Positions 1 through 8,917 of a stretch of DNA of 64,000 bases are shown here, in pieces. A program made the translations under genes and the position numbers. Origin of the DNA: an uncultured bacterium (GTDB lineage Bacteria > UBP7 > UBA6624); the NCBI GenBank assembly GCA_964012435.1, contig CAXGSM010000003.1, positions 12,703-76,702 of the forward strand. Direction: 5' to 3'. Under the pieces are notes generated by a model that saw nothing but the letters and a program-made list of their open reading frames with translations, did no database searches and was not told the origin of the DNA. Each line of letters begins with the position of its first letter. Positions within the stretch are counted from its first letter, which is position 1.

Positions 1-1335
1 TCTCCAAATGGTAGATACCTTATGTATTATGCCTGGGGTGCCTCTACCAATGAAACCTGTGCTGAAACTTTGAAAAATCCTAAGCATAAAGGTATTTTTG
101 CGCCAGGCATCTGTGATGGGACTTCCGAAGATGTTGTCATTATAGATTTGGTTAATGGTGAGACTAATGTTTTAACAACAGACTCAAGCATCAATGGGCA
201 GGCTTTATGGAGTCCTGATGGTGAATGGATCACATATGTTACTGACATGGGCCAAGAATCTGAAATCATTCTTACAAAACCTGATGGTTCAAAAAGAATA
301 GCTGTAACGAGGAATTACTGGGGTGATTATTCTCCTTCATTTACACCTGATGGAAAATATATGATTTACGAATCTTACAGGCTTGAACAGGACGTTTATC
401 CTCCAATTGGTCATTATTTTCCAAAACATAATCTTTATGAAGAAAATACTGTTTTAGAAACCTGGTCACAAGAAGCTTATAGAGATTTATTTATAGTTGA
501 CCTGAGTTGCATCATGAACATTGAAGGTTCAGACATTAAAAGCTGGGAAGATTTAGAGCCTTACGATCAAAAGAATACGTTAAGCCCTGAAGCTTTATGT
601 GAAGAAAGAATTACTGATGAAGTTGATAGTAATATCAAGCCCGCTGTTTCTCCAGATGGAAAATGGATTGCATATATGGCAAATAGGCCTGGTATCAGAA
701 ATTATCTCTATCTTATGAGTGTTGCTTTAAACCAGAAAGGTGAAAGAGACATGGTGACTATCATGCTTGATGTAGAAAGAGATTTTTGGGGTGATATGAC
801 TGATAAAAAAGTTTTTTATTCTGAAAATCCGTACATGTGGCTTGGTGCAAACACATTCAAATGGTCACCAGATTCAAATCAAATTCTGATTGAAGCTAAT
901 GTTTATACTGTTCCAAGTATGTTTGGGGAAACTGAAAAAGGCAAAAGCAGGCTGTCTGGAAAAATGGATGGAGGATTGTTGATATCAATCGTAGCTGAAG
1001 CTCTTGTAATTTATGATTTGCCAACAGACTCTATAGCTCCAGTTAGATTGTCAAACTCTGTTGGTGTTGACCATAGTGGGAATTGGTCTCCAAACGGAGA
1101 ATGGGTTGTGTATTCTTCTCAAGATAGATATTTGAGACATGAAATATACATAACTCATTTAAAGACTGGCTATACAAAAAAATTGACAACAAATAGAGTT
1201 GGTGATTTTGATCCTATTTGGGTCACTGGAGAATTGACAAAATGTGGTTTTGAAATAAAAGGTATGCCTGAAAGTGATGTTTCTTCTGACGTTTTCGAAA
1301 GAATTGAAACAATCAGGCCTTGCCCTTTAGATTAG
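1..1335 (+). CDS. TolB-like periplasmic WD40/PD40 beta-propeller repeat protein, 5' partial (reading frame continues to the window edge as SPNGRYL)
   Basis: Repeated PD40-type motifs (SPDGEWI, TPDGKYM, SPDGKWIAY, SPNGEWVVY); the frame is open upstream of the ATG at 22. Confidence 0.6.
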   Translation, partial: SPNGRYLMYYAWGASTNETCAETLKNPKHKGIFAPGICDGTSEDVVIIDLVNGETNVLTTDSSINGQALWSPDGEWITYVTDMGQESEIILTKPDGSKRIAVTRNYWGDYSPSFTPDGKYMIYESYRLEQDVYPPIGHYFPKHNLYEENTVLETWSQEAYRDLFIVDLSCIMNIEGSDIKSWEDLEPYDQKNTLSPEALCEERITDEVDSNIKPAVSPDGKWIAYMANRPGIRNYLYLMSVALNQKGERDMVTIMLDVERDFWGDMTDKKVFYSENPYMWLGANTFKWSPDSNQILIEANVYTVPSMFGETEKGKSRLSGKMDGGLLISIVAEALVIYDLPTDSIAPVRLSNSVGVDHSGNWSPNGEWVVYSSQDRYLRHEIYITHLKTGYTKKLTTNRVGDFDPIWVTGELTKCGFEIKGMPESDVSSDVFERIETIRPCPLD

Positions 1336-1386
1336 TTTTAATTTATAATAGCAGTTTGATTTTATTTATTTAGGAGGTTATAGATA

Positions 1387-1689
1387 ATGAAATTAGCCCC
1401 ATTGGGCGATCGTGTAATAGTAAAGAGACTAGATGCTGAATCTTCTAGTCCAAGTGGTATTGTTATTGCTGATTCAGCAAAGGAAAGACCACAGAAGGGT
1501 ACAGTTGTAGCTGTTGGCCCTGGGAAAAAGGAAACAAACAGCATTGGTGAGGTGATTGTTGTTCCGATGAATTCAAAGGTTGGTGATACCGTTGTTTTTT
1601 CAAAGTACGGAGGAAACGAATTGTCACACGAAGGCGAAGAATATTTAATTCTTAGAGAAGATGATATTCTTGCAAAAATTAACAAATAG
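1387..1689 (+). CDS. groES: Co-chaperonin GroES
   Basis: 100 aa; MKLAPLGDRVIVKR...GTVVAVGPG pattern typical of Cpn10; AGGAGG RBS at 1371-1376. Confidence 0.95.
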   Translation: MKLAPLGDRVIVKRLDAESSSPSGIVIADSAKERPQKGTVVAVGPGKKETNSIGEVIVVPMNSKVGDTVVFSKYGGNELSHEGEEYLILREDDILAKINK

Positions 1690-1701
1690 AGGTTTAATAT
1701 T

Positions 1702-3357
1702 ATGGCAAAACAATTGATTTTTAATACAGAGGCAAGAGAGAAATTTTTAGGAGGCGTTGAAAAGGTTGCTAAGGCAGTTGGTGAAACGCTTGGTCCAAGA
1801 GGAAGGAATGTTATTCTCGATAAAAAATTTGGTTCTCCTGTCGTTACAAATGATGGAATAACCATTGCAAAGGAGATTGAACTTCCAGATCCTTTTGAGA
1901 ACATGGGAGCACAAGTTGCAAAAGAAGCAGCAAGCAAAACAAATGATGCTGCTGGAGACGGAACAACTACCGCTATCATCTTGACTGAAAAAATGGTTCA
2001 AGAAGGTTTAAAAGCTGTAGCTGCTGGAGCTAACCCAATGCTTTTGAAGAGAGGCATTCAGTCTGCTGTTGACGCTGTTGTCGATAATTTGCAAAAAACA
2101 GCAAAACCAATTAAAGGTAGACAGGATATTGAACGTGTTGCAACAATATCTGGAAACAATGATTCAGAGATTGGTAGATTAATCGCTGAGGCAATAGAAA
2201 AAGTCGGTAATGATGGAGTTATTACGATTGAAGAATCCAAAACAGGCTTAACCACTGGTCCTGATTTTGTTGAGGGAATGCAATTTGATAGAGGTTTTCA
2301 AAGTCCTTATTTTGCAAATGATAAAGAAATGCAAAAATGTGAAGTAGGCGGTGATGAGAGAGGTGTTTTGATTCTTATATATGAATCAAAGATTAGCAAT
2401 GCACAAGAATTTTTACCAATACTTGAAAAAGTTGCTCAAGACGGTAGACCTTTTTTGATCATTTCTGAAGAGGTTGAGAATGATGTTTTATCAACACTTG
2501 TTTTGAATAAGCTGCGTGGTACTTTGAATGTATGTGCAGTTAAGGCTCCTGGTTATGGCGACAGAAGAAAAGCAATGATGCAAGATATAGCTATTTTGAC
2601 TGGTGGTGAATTTATCAGTAAGGATCTTGGAATCAAGCTTGAAAATGTTGATGTAGATCAGATGGGAGTTGCTCAAAAAGTCATAATTGATAAAAATAAC
2701 ACAACAATAGTTAGTTCAAATTCAGGCTCTCCTGCTGTTTTGGGGAGAATAGAGCAAATAAGATCTGAAATCGATGGTACTGACAGTGATTGGGAAAGAG
2801 AGAAACTTCAAGAAAGACTAGCAAAGCTAGCTGGTGGTGTTGCTGAAATAAAAGTAGGTGCTCCAACAGAAGTTGAAATGAAGGAAAAGAAACACAGGTT
2901 TGAAGATGCTTTGTCAGCTACAAGAGCTGCTGTCGAAGAAGGTGTTGTTCCTGGTGGTGGTGTTACTTTGTTAAGATGTGTTGACAAAATAAAGAAATTG
3001 AACGATGAGGATGTTTCTATAAATTGGGGTATAAATGTTGTTAGAAACGCTTTGACAGAACCAATGAGAAGAGTTGCTGAAAATGCTGGTTACGAAGGTT
3101 CCGTAGTTGTTGAAAAAGTTCAAGAACAAAAAGGTTCAAATGGGTTTAACGCATTAACCGGAGAGTATTGTGACTTGCTTAAAGTTGGAGTCATAGATCC
3201 TCTTGTTGTTACGAGAAGTGCTTTAAGGAATGCTGCTAGTATTGCATCAATGGTTTTGACTACTGAAGTTATGGTTACAGATCTTCCTGAAGAAAAAGAA
3301 CAACCGATGGGTGGACCTCCTCCAGGTGGGGGAATGCCTGGAATGGGCGGATTTTAA
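1702..3357 (+). CDS. groEL: Chaperonin GroEL
   Basis: 551 aa; AAGDGTTTA ATP-binding motif; C-terminal GGM/PGMGG tail; immediately downstream of groES. Confidence 0.97.
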   Translation: MAKQLIFNTEAREKFLGGVEKVAKAVGETLGPRGRNVILDKKFGSPVVTNDGITIAKEIELPDPFENMGAQVAKEAASKTNDAAGDGTTTAIILTEKMVQEGLKAVAAGANPMLLKRGIQSAVDAVVDNLQKTAKPIKGRQDIERVATISGNNDSEIGRLIAEAIEKVGNDGVITIEESKTGLTTGPDFVEGMQFDRGFQSPYFANDKEMQKCEVGGDERGVLILIYESKISNAQEFLPILEKVAQDGRPFLIISEEVENDVLSTLVLNKLRGTLNVCAVKAPGYGDRRKAMMQDIAILTGGEFISKDLGIKLENVDVDQMGVAQKVIIDKNNTTIVSSNSGSPAVLGRIEQIRSEIDGTDSDWEREKLQERLAKLAGGVAEIKVGAPTEVEMKEKKHRFEDALSATRAAVEEGVVPGGGVTLLRCVDKIKKLNDEDVSINWGINVVRNALTEPMRRVAENAGYEGSVVVEKVQEQKGSNGFNALTGEYCDLLKVGVIDPLVVTRSALRNAASIASMVLTTEVMVTDLPEEKEQPMGGPPPGGGMPGMGGF

Positions 3358-3368
3358 TTTAAGGAAAC

Positions 3369-3400
3369 GGGGGTGAAATTGTTCACCCCCGCCTTATTTA
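3369..3400 (+). terminator. Rho-independent terminator after groEL
   Basis: Perfect 9-bp stem GGGGGTGAA/TTCACCCCC with 4-nt loop, followed by a T-rich stretch. Confidence 0.55.
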
Positions 3401-3415
3401 AAATAAAATCTAGTT

Positions 3416-4825
3416 ATGCTGAAAAAAATAATACTATTTTTATGCTTTGTTGCATTCTCGGATTTTTCGTTTTTATTGAATGCGAAAACTATTGATGAAT
3501 CAACTGGCATAAGGCTCAATTTACCTTCATCTTGGACATGTAGCTCTACTCAGGAGGATTCTTGGGAGGTTGTTGTTCCTGATACTGAATATTCTTCTGG
3601 TAAAAAATTCAAGAATGGTTGGTTGAAGATTGAAGAAGTGGGTGATCGATTTATTTGCAAATCTGGTTCAAGTAAAGTTTTAGACGTGAGATCTACACCT
3701 TTAGGTGTTTCATCAGGACAGGTTTCCACTACAGTGCTTAAAGCAAGATTGCTAGAAAGGCACCTGCAAGAAAATCTTGGTTTTGAGGTTAGTTCAAAAA
3801 CAGTTTACTCTGATGCTCATTATGTGGTTAGATTAAATTACAAAGATCAAAATCAAAAGTCAGGAGCTTGGTGGATTGTTTATAGCCAAGAGTCCTCTAC
3901 GTTACATAGATTATGGATGCCAGATGGTGCTGCAATGGATGAAAAACAAATTAGAGAATTTGAAAATATGTTTTTTGTTTCTGTTTATCCTGTAATCTTT
4001 AATTTAGGACCTGTTGTTTTAACAGAAAGGTCTGCAACAGCATTAACTTTCTTTTTTATAGGCATTGTTTTACTTTTAACTTTGGGAAAGAAAGGTGTAG
4101 ATGACTTTGTTAGATCTTTTAATGAGCCGGGTGAGCTTTTTTCAGATTTTGGTAAAGGGGAAACGTTCTTTTATCCTTTTGCGTTGGTTTTGTGTTCTTC
4201 TTTTCTTTTTGTTGGATTCGCTTCATCTTTAAAAGGGATGCTTTTATCTTGGATTAATGGAAATGTTGTTTATATGTATTTGGAGATGATGAAATCTTCA
4301 GTTTTCTCAAATGTTCAAAATGATCCTGAAAAAGGTTATATCGTATTAGCTGGCTTGGCTCAAAATCTAATTAATTTTTTTAGACAGCACATAGACATGT
4401 TTATACAGTGGTTTCCTGCAATAGTTATTGTTTTGTGGTTTGTAAATGCATTATCAAACTATCTTGGTTCTTTGATTGTTAAGAGCGATTTGAGATTTGG
4501 TACAACATTTTTTGCTTCTAGTTTGCTGGCCCCTTATAGTTGTATTCTTGGTTTAGGTTGTTTGTTGGCTTTTTTCACTCAGGGTTTTTCTTTATATCTT
4601 GGAGTGACATTAATTGGTTTTGCTGCATTTATGCTTTTTAGGATTTCTGTTTTGGGTTTCAGTCAACTTTATAGGTTATCTAATTCTCAAGCATATACTG
4701 CTATCATATTTTCAAGATTCATCTGGGTTTTGTGTGTTGGAGGCATAATTTATGGCTTTTCAACAGAAATGGTTATGCCCGCATATGAGCAATCTATCGT
4801 TTTAGATTACTCATTGGTTAGCTAA
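3416..4825 (+). CDS. Hypothetical membrane protein: signal peptide, ~190-aa periplasmic domain, then polytopic (about 6-7 TM) C-terminal domain
   Basis: Hydrophobic N-terminus, hydrophilic Ser/Thr-rich block, then repeated 20-aa hydrophobic segments; no motif recognised. Confidence 0.5.
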   Translation: MLKKIILFLCFVAFSDFSFLLNAKTIDESTGIRLNLPSSWTCSSTQEDSWEVVVPDTEYSSGKKFKNGWLKIEEVGDRFICKSGSSKVLDVRSTPLGVSSGQVSTTVLKARLLERHLQENLGFEVSSKTVYSDAHYVVRLNYKDQNQKSGAWWIVYSQESSTLHRLWMPDGAAMDEKQIREFENMFFVSVYPVIFNLGPVVLTERSATALTFFFIGIVLLLTLGKKGVDDFVRSFNEPGELFSDFGKGETFFYPFALVLCSSFLFVGFASSLKGMLLSWINGNVVYMYLEMMKSSVFSNVQNDPEKGYIVLAGLAQNLINFFRQHIDMFIQWFPAIVIVLWFVNALSNYLGSLIVKSDLRFGTTFFASSLLAPYSCILGLGCLLAFFTQGFSLYLGVTLIGFAAFMLFRISVLGFSQLYRLSNSQAYTAIIFSRFIWVLCVGGIIYGFSTEMVMPAYEQSIVLDYSLVS

Positions 4826-4885
4826 TATCCTAAAATTCATAGAATTTTATATAAGAATTAATTTATAATCTTTAGGTTACGGGAT

Positions 4886-5425
4886 ATGAAGTTTTTTATA
4901 TTGATTTTTTCTTTGCTCTCTCTTCAAGCTTGCTTGTTGAATTTGGGTGTGGGTAAAACAGTTGCAGAACAAACAAAAATTGCTCCATTAGAAAAAACAA
5001 AAGAAGCTATTGACAAAACCCTAGAAGCGGCTCTATTAGTGCAGTTGGCATCTGATGTTTGCTTACAGCTCCAACTTAACGATAAAGATAATGGCAATCA
5101 TGGAGTAATAAAGCCACGCGTCGAAAATAGAGTTGCAATACTTGAAGGAACAATAGAAACTATTGGGCAAAAGAGAGAGGCGGAAAGGTTGGCAAGTTTG
5201 GTTCCTGAAATTAGAGATGTTGTGAATAGGCTTGAAATTATTGGTCCAAGAGACGCTACTGAGGTATGTGAATTTGTTGGATTTGGTTTAGATGATGATG
5301 AAAATGATGAAGTCGAAGAGGATGATGATGACTCAAGAGACCCTATTGATCCAGGTTTACCAGGTGGTGGCCATCCTGGTATCCCGCCAATAATTCCACC
5401 AGGAGGACCAGGGAGAGTTTTATGA
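4886..5425 (+). CDS. BON-domain lipoprotein with acidic and Pro/Gly-rich C-terminal tail
   Basis: Lipobox LSLQAC; VENRVAILEGTIETIGQKREAERLASLVPEIRDVVNRLEI resembles OsmY-type BON domain; tail DDDENDEVEEDDDDSRDPIDPGLPGGGHPGIPPIIPPGGPG. Confidence 0.6.
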   Translation: MKFFILIFSLLSLQACLLNLGVGKTVAEQTKIAPLEKTKEAIDKTLEAALLVQLASDVCLQLQLNDKDNGNHGVIKPRVENRVAILEGTIETIGQKREAERLASLVPEIRDVVNRLEIIGPRDATEVCEFVGFGLDDDENDEVEEDDDDSRDPIDPGLPGGGHPGIPPIIPPGGPGRVL

Positions 5426-6465
5426 AAATTTTAAAAATATTGTTTTGTTTATTTGTGATATCTTTTTCAGATGTTGATTTAGGTGATTTTGAAAGAGGTA
5501 GGTTTGAGGAAATTTATAGAAATTCAAGAAATAGTATAGTTGGAATAAAGGTTGTTAAATCAAAAATGTCTCCTTCTGTTTATGGAGATGTTAGCCAAAC
5601 AGAAATAGGTAGTGGTTTTGTTTATGATTCCGAAGAAGGTTTAATACTAACAACAGCTTCAAATGTAAGAGATGCCAAACATGTCGGAGTTCTCTTTAAC
5701 GATGGAAGATCAGTAGAGGCTAAAGTGGTTGGTTATGATGTACCTACAGATTTAGCAGTTTTAGAATTAAAGATCAAAAGGCCTCATATCCCATCTTTGA
5801 AACTATCTCAAAATTCTTATTCTGTTGGTGAATCTTTGATGGTAATGTCTCCAAATCCTGAAGGCATCTGCTGCAATACCTCCAAAGGAATTGTTTCTGC
5901 TACAACTTTATCTGGCAATAAATTAGGGGGTAGTTTATCTACATTTTTTCAATTTGATGCAGCTTTAAACGGAGGCCAACAAGGAGGGGCATTGCTTTCT
6001 TTGAGGGGTGAAGTTATTGGAATGCCTACACTAAAACAAAGAAATAGTGAAAACTTATTTTTGAATTTTGCTCTTCCTGTTGACATTATCAATATCATCT
6101 TGCCCGAATTGATAGAAAATGGAAGATACTTGCATGTCGATTGGGGTCTAGATCCTGTAGCCATACCTGAAGAGATTAGGCTAAAGACAGGCTACCTTGG
6201 GGAAGGTCTTTATGTGCCGGGTCTTTCTGAAACCGGTTCCGGTTGGAGAACTGGACTGAGAACGGGAGATGTTATTACAGCATTAGATGGCAAGCCTTTA
6301 GCTGTGCATGATGATTTTTGGTCGATTTTTGGATCTTGGATAGATAAAGATAATTTTTCTATGAAAGGCCATACTGTTACTGTTTACAGAAATGGTACTT
6401 TCTTAGATTTTGATTTTAGGGTCGTCAGACGAATTATAGAGTTTGATGAAAGGAATTTTTTTTAA
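5422..6465 (+). CDS. Secreted HtrA/DegP-like S1C protein with PDZ domain, predicted catalytically inactive (His->Ser, Ser->Gln)
   Basis: GSGFVYD...ILTTASNV in place of TNNHV; DLAVLELK Asp retained; GGQQGGALL in place of GNSGGAL; PDZ-like GDVITALDGKPL; ATGA overlap with upstream gene. Confidence 0.65.
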   Translation: MKILKILFCLFVISFSDVDLGDFERGRFEEIYRNSRNSIVGIKVVKSKMSPSVYGDVSQTEIGSGFVYDSEEGLILTTASNVRDAKHVGVLFNDGRSVEAKVVGYDVPTDLAVLELKIKRPHIPSLKLSQNSYSVGESLMVMSPNPEGICCNTSKGIVSATTLSGNKLGGSLSTFFQFDAALNGGQQGGALLSLRGEVIGMPTLKQRNSENLFLNFALPVDIINIILPELIENGRYLHVDWGLDPVAIPEEIRLKTGYLGEGLYVPGLSETGSGWRTGLRTGDVITALDGKPLAVHDDFWSIFGSWIDKDNFSMKGHTVTVYRNGTFLDFDFRVVRRIIEFDERNFF

Positions 6466-6477
6466 AGGGGTAATAAT

Positions 6478-7743
6478 ATGAATTTTAAAAGTAGTTTATT
6501 TGTTTTGTTTGCAGTTTCATTTTTTGCATTTGTTTTTGGTGAGGATGACCCTAAGTGGGTAGAAAATGTTAACACAAGTGTTCAGTCAACTGTAACTGTT
6601 ACAGCTGGCGGTGGCGATTATGCTGGAGATAAGTCCGGTTTTGTTTTAGGTGGAGGTTCAGGCTCAATTGTTACTCCTGAAGGTCACATTGTTACAAATT
6701 GTCATGTTATGGGTTGGGGCAAGCAAAGATGGGCTTTTATAAGGTTAAATGATGGTTCTGTAGAGGATGCTAAACTTTTATTTAATAATTGTAAGATTGA
6801 TGTAGCTATTCTTCAAATTGTTCCTGAACCAGGTGAAGAAGGCAAAGTTTTCCCTTATGTCAAATTTGGAGATTCTGATGAGGTTGTTGCAGGAGAGCAA
6901 GTTTATGCAATAGGAAACCCTGGAGATAGCTCCAACTTCACAATGTATAAAGACTTCTTGCTTAAAAACACAGTAACTGCTGGTTCTGTTAGGGATAGGG
7001 TTCTTTCTCCACAGTTGGTTAATCGTATGTTGGGCGGAAATGGAGCAATAGGTGGCACGTCAACTGTTTGGGATTATGGTACAGAGCTCTCACATACTTT
7101 TGACACCGATGCAACTATCAATGGTGGTAATTCAGGAGGTCCCTTGTTTGATGAAAATGGTTTTCAGGTAGGTGTTAATTTCGCAGGATCCTCCATGCTT
7201 GAAGGCCAAAATATGGCTATAGTTTCAAATGATGCAAAGAAAACTTTATTTGACACGATTGACCATGGTCGAGTTATATACCCATGGTTGGGTCTTTACG
7301 TCTTTATAGACAGAATGACTCTTGAGTGGTCTGATGAGATAGGCATACAAGGAAGAAATCCATTAGGCGGAGGAATGGGAGCATTTGGTGGAAGGGAAGC
7401 TTGGGACAGAGCTTCAGACACCTTTACTAGACAAGCTAGAAACAAGGTTAAAACTCCTTTTGAGGTTTTTGATGTTTATCCAGAAAGTCCTTCCTATAAA
7501 GCAGGACTTCGCCAAGGAGATAAAATTCTTGAAATTGCTTGGGACATGAATGAAGATGGAAAAATCACAAAGAGCGAAATGAAAATGCCAAAAGATGCTT
7601 TTGAAGCAAGGTTTTGGATTCGTGGCTTAGACAAGAATGTGAAAATAATTCTTTCAGTTGAAAGGAATGGACAAGTTTTCAATGTTCCTGTTGTTTTAGG
7701 CGAACAACCAGGTGAAGGCCAATTTGCAGGAGGAACTTTATGA
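6478..7743 (+). CDS. Secreted HtrA/DegP-like serine protease with PDZ domain, catalytic triad intact
   Basis: HIVTNCHVM (His), DVAILQI (Asp), INGGNSGGPLFD (Ser); PDZ-like LRQGDKILEI; signal peptide. Confidence 0.7.
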   Translation: MNFKSSLFVLFAVSFFAFVFGEDDPKWVENVNTSVQSTVTVTAGGGDYAGDKSGFVLGGGSGSIVTPEGHIVTNCHVMGWGKQRWAFIRLNDGSVEDAKLLFNNCKIDVAILQIVPEPGEEGKVFPYVKFGDSDEVVAGEQVYAIGNPGDSSNFTMYKDFLLKNTVTAGSVRDRVLSPQLVNRMLGGNGAIGGTSTVWDYGTELSHTFDTDATINGGNSGGPLFDENGFQVGVNFAGSSMLEGQNMAIVSNDAKKTLFDTIDHGRVIYPWLGLYVFIDRMTLEWSDEIGIQGRNPLGGGMGAFGGREAWDRASDTFTRQARNKVKTPFEVFDVYPESPSYKAGLRQGDKILEIAWDMNEDGKITKSEMKMPKDAFEARFWIRGLDKNVKIILSVERNGQVFNVPVVLGEQPGEGQFAGGTL

Positions 7744-8903
7744 AAAAGATAAATCTCTCCAAAAACGACAAAACTGTAACTTTCTTAGTTTTTCTAACCC
7801 TATTTTTTTCTTTTACAGGTTCTCTTTTTGCAAAAGAGGTTCCTACTTTCGATTTAGACACCTCACAACTACCAACTGTTAAAGCTCTTGAGGTTATTGA
7901 TCCATCATTGGCTTCAATAGAGGTTGTTGAAAATAGATACGGAATCAGCATGTCTGGAACCTTCACTAGAACTGTAGGGATTAATGGTTTCCCCGGTGTT
8001 GTTATTTCTCCTGATGGATTTGTTGTCACTACAGCTAAAAACATGGAGGATGCACTGAGGATCAATGTGATTATTGAAAATAAAAGATACACTGCATCTT
8101 TAGTTGGTTCTGATAAATTCAACGATGTTGCGTTATTGAAAGTTAATAATCCAGATACTTTGTTTGAAGCCGCTTCCTTTGCTGATTCTGACAAGTTGAC
8201 GCAAGGTCAAACTGTAATAGCTGTTGGAAGGCCTTTGCCTAATCAGCAAGCAGCAACAAGAGGTATAGTGTCAGCTTTAAGAGACTACTTTTTACCTAAT
8301 GGTTATCTAATGCCCAATATGATTCAGACTGATGCTCATAATTTCACTTTCAATAGAGGCGGACCTTTAATAGATTTAACAGGAAAAATAATAGGTCTTA
8401 TGTCTTTTTCAGTTCAAGAAAATCAAGGTACACCTCAATACTTATCAACAAGTGTTTTGGATTTGAATTTTGCAACACCATCCAATATTGTTTGGGAATC
8501 TGTGTATAAGATGATGCAAGGTGAGGAAGTTTTTCACCCCTGGGTTGGGCTTGGCTTAAGACCTTTAGATGACACATTAGCGATTTATGCAAATATTCCT
8601 GAAGAGTATTTAGGAAAGTCAGGAGTGATGATTCAGGATGTTGATCCCAACTCACCCGCTTCAAGACAAGGCTTATCAAGAGGTGACATTATTCTTGGAA
8701 TGACAAGAGTAAGGCGACTTTACAACGGTGAAGAAAACACAAGTGAAGAAATTGTTTCAACTCCTTTGGAGCTAGCTGGCTTAATTCGTGACAGTCACCC
8801 TCAAGACACTTTAGGTTTCGTAGTATTGAGATCTGGTGAAGTTGAGGAATTTTTGATGAGTCCTGAAGACAGACCAGTTGAAGCTTTGCCAGGAACAGTT
8901 TAG
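7740..8903 (+). CDS. Secreted HtrA/DegP-like S1C protein with PDZ domain, predicted catalytically inactive (His->Lys/Asn, Ser->Arg)
   Basis: FVVTTAKNM in place of TNNHV; NDVALLKV Asp retained; TFNRGGPLID in place of GNSGGPL; PDZ-like LSRGDIILGM; ATGA overlap with upstream gene. Confidence 0.65.
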   Translation: MKKINLSKNDKTVTFLVFLTLFFSFTGSLFAKEVPTFDLDTSQLPTVKALEVIDPSLASIEVVENRYGISMSGTFTRTVGINGFPGVVISPDGFVVTTAKNMEDALRINVIIENKRYTASLVGSDKFNDVALLKVNNPDTLFEAASFADSDKLTQGQTVIAVGRPLPNQQAATRGIVSALRDYFLPNGYLMPNMIQTDAHNFTFNRGGPLIDLTGKIIGLMSFSVQENQGTPQYLSTSVLDLNFATPSNIVWESVYKMMQGEEVFHPWVGLGLRPLDDTLAIYANIPEEYLGKSGVMIQDVDPNSPASRQGLSRGDIILGMTRVRRLYNGEENTSEEIVSTPLELAGLIRDSHPQDTLGFVVLRSGEVEEFLMSPEDRPVEALPGTV

Positions 8904-8917
8904 CAAGAAATTTTGTT

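Noticed and set aside
1747-2676. Three antisense ORFs (1747-2001, 2058-2255, 2491-2676, minus strand) inside groEL
   Set aside because: They are fully embedded in a highly conserved gene on the opposite strand, have low-complexity Cys/Ser-rich translations and no RBS; spurious.
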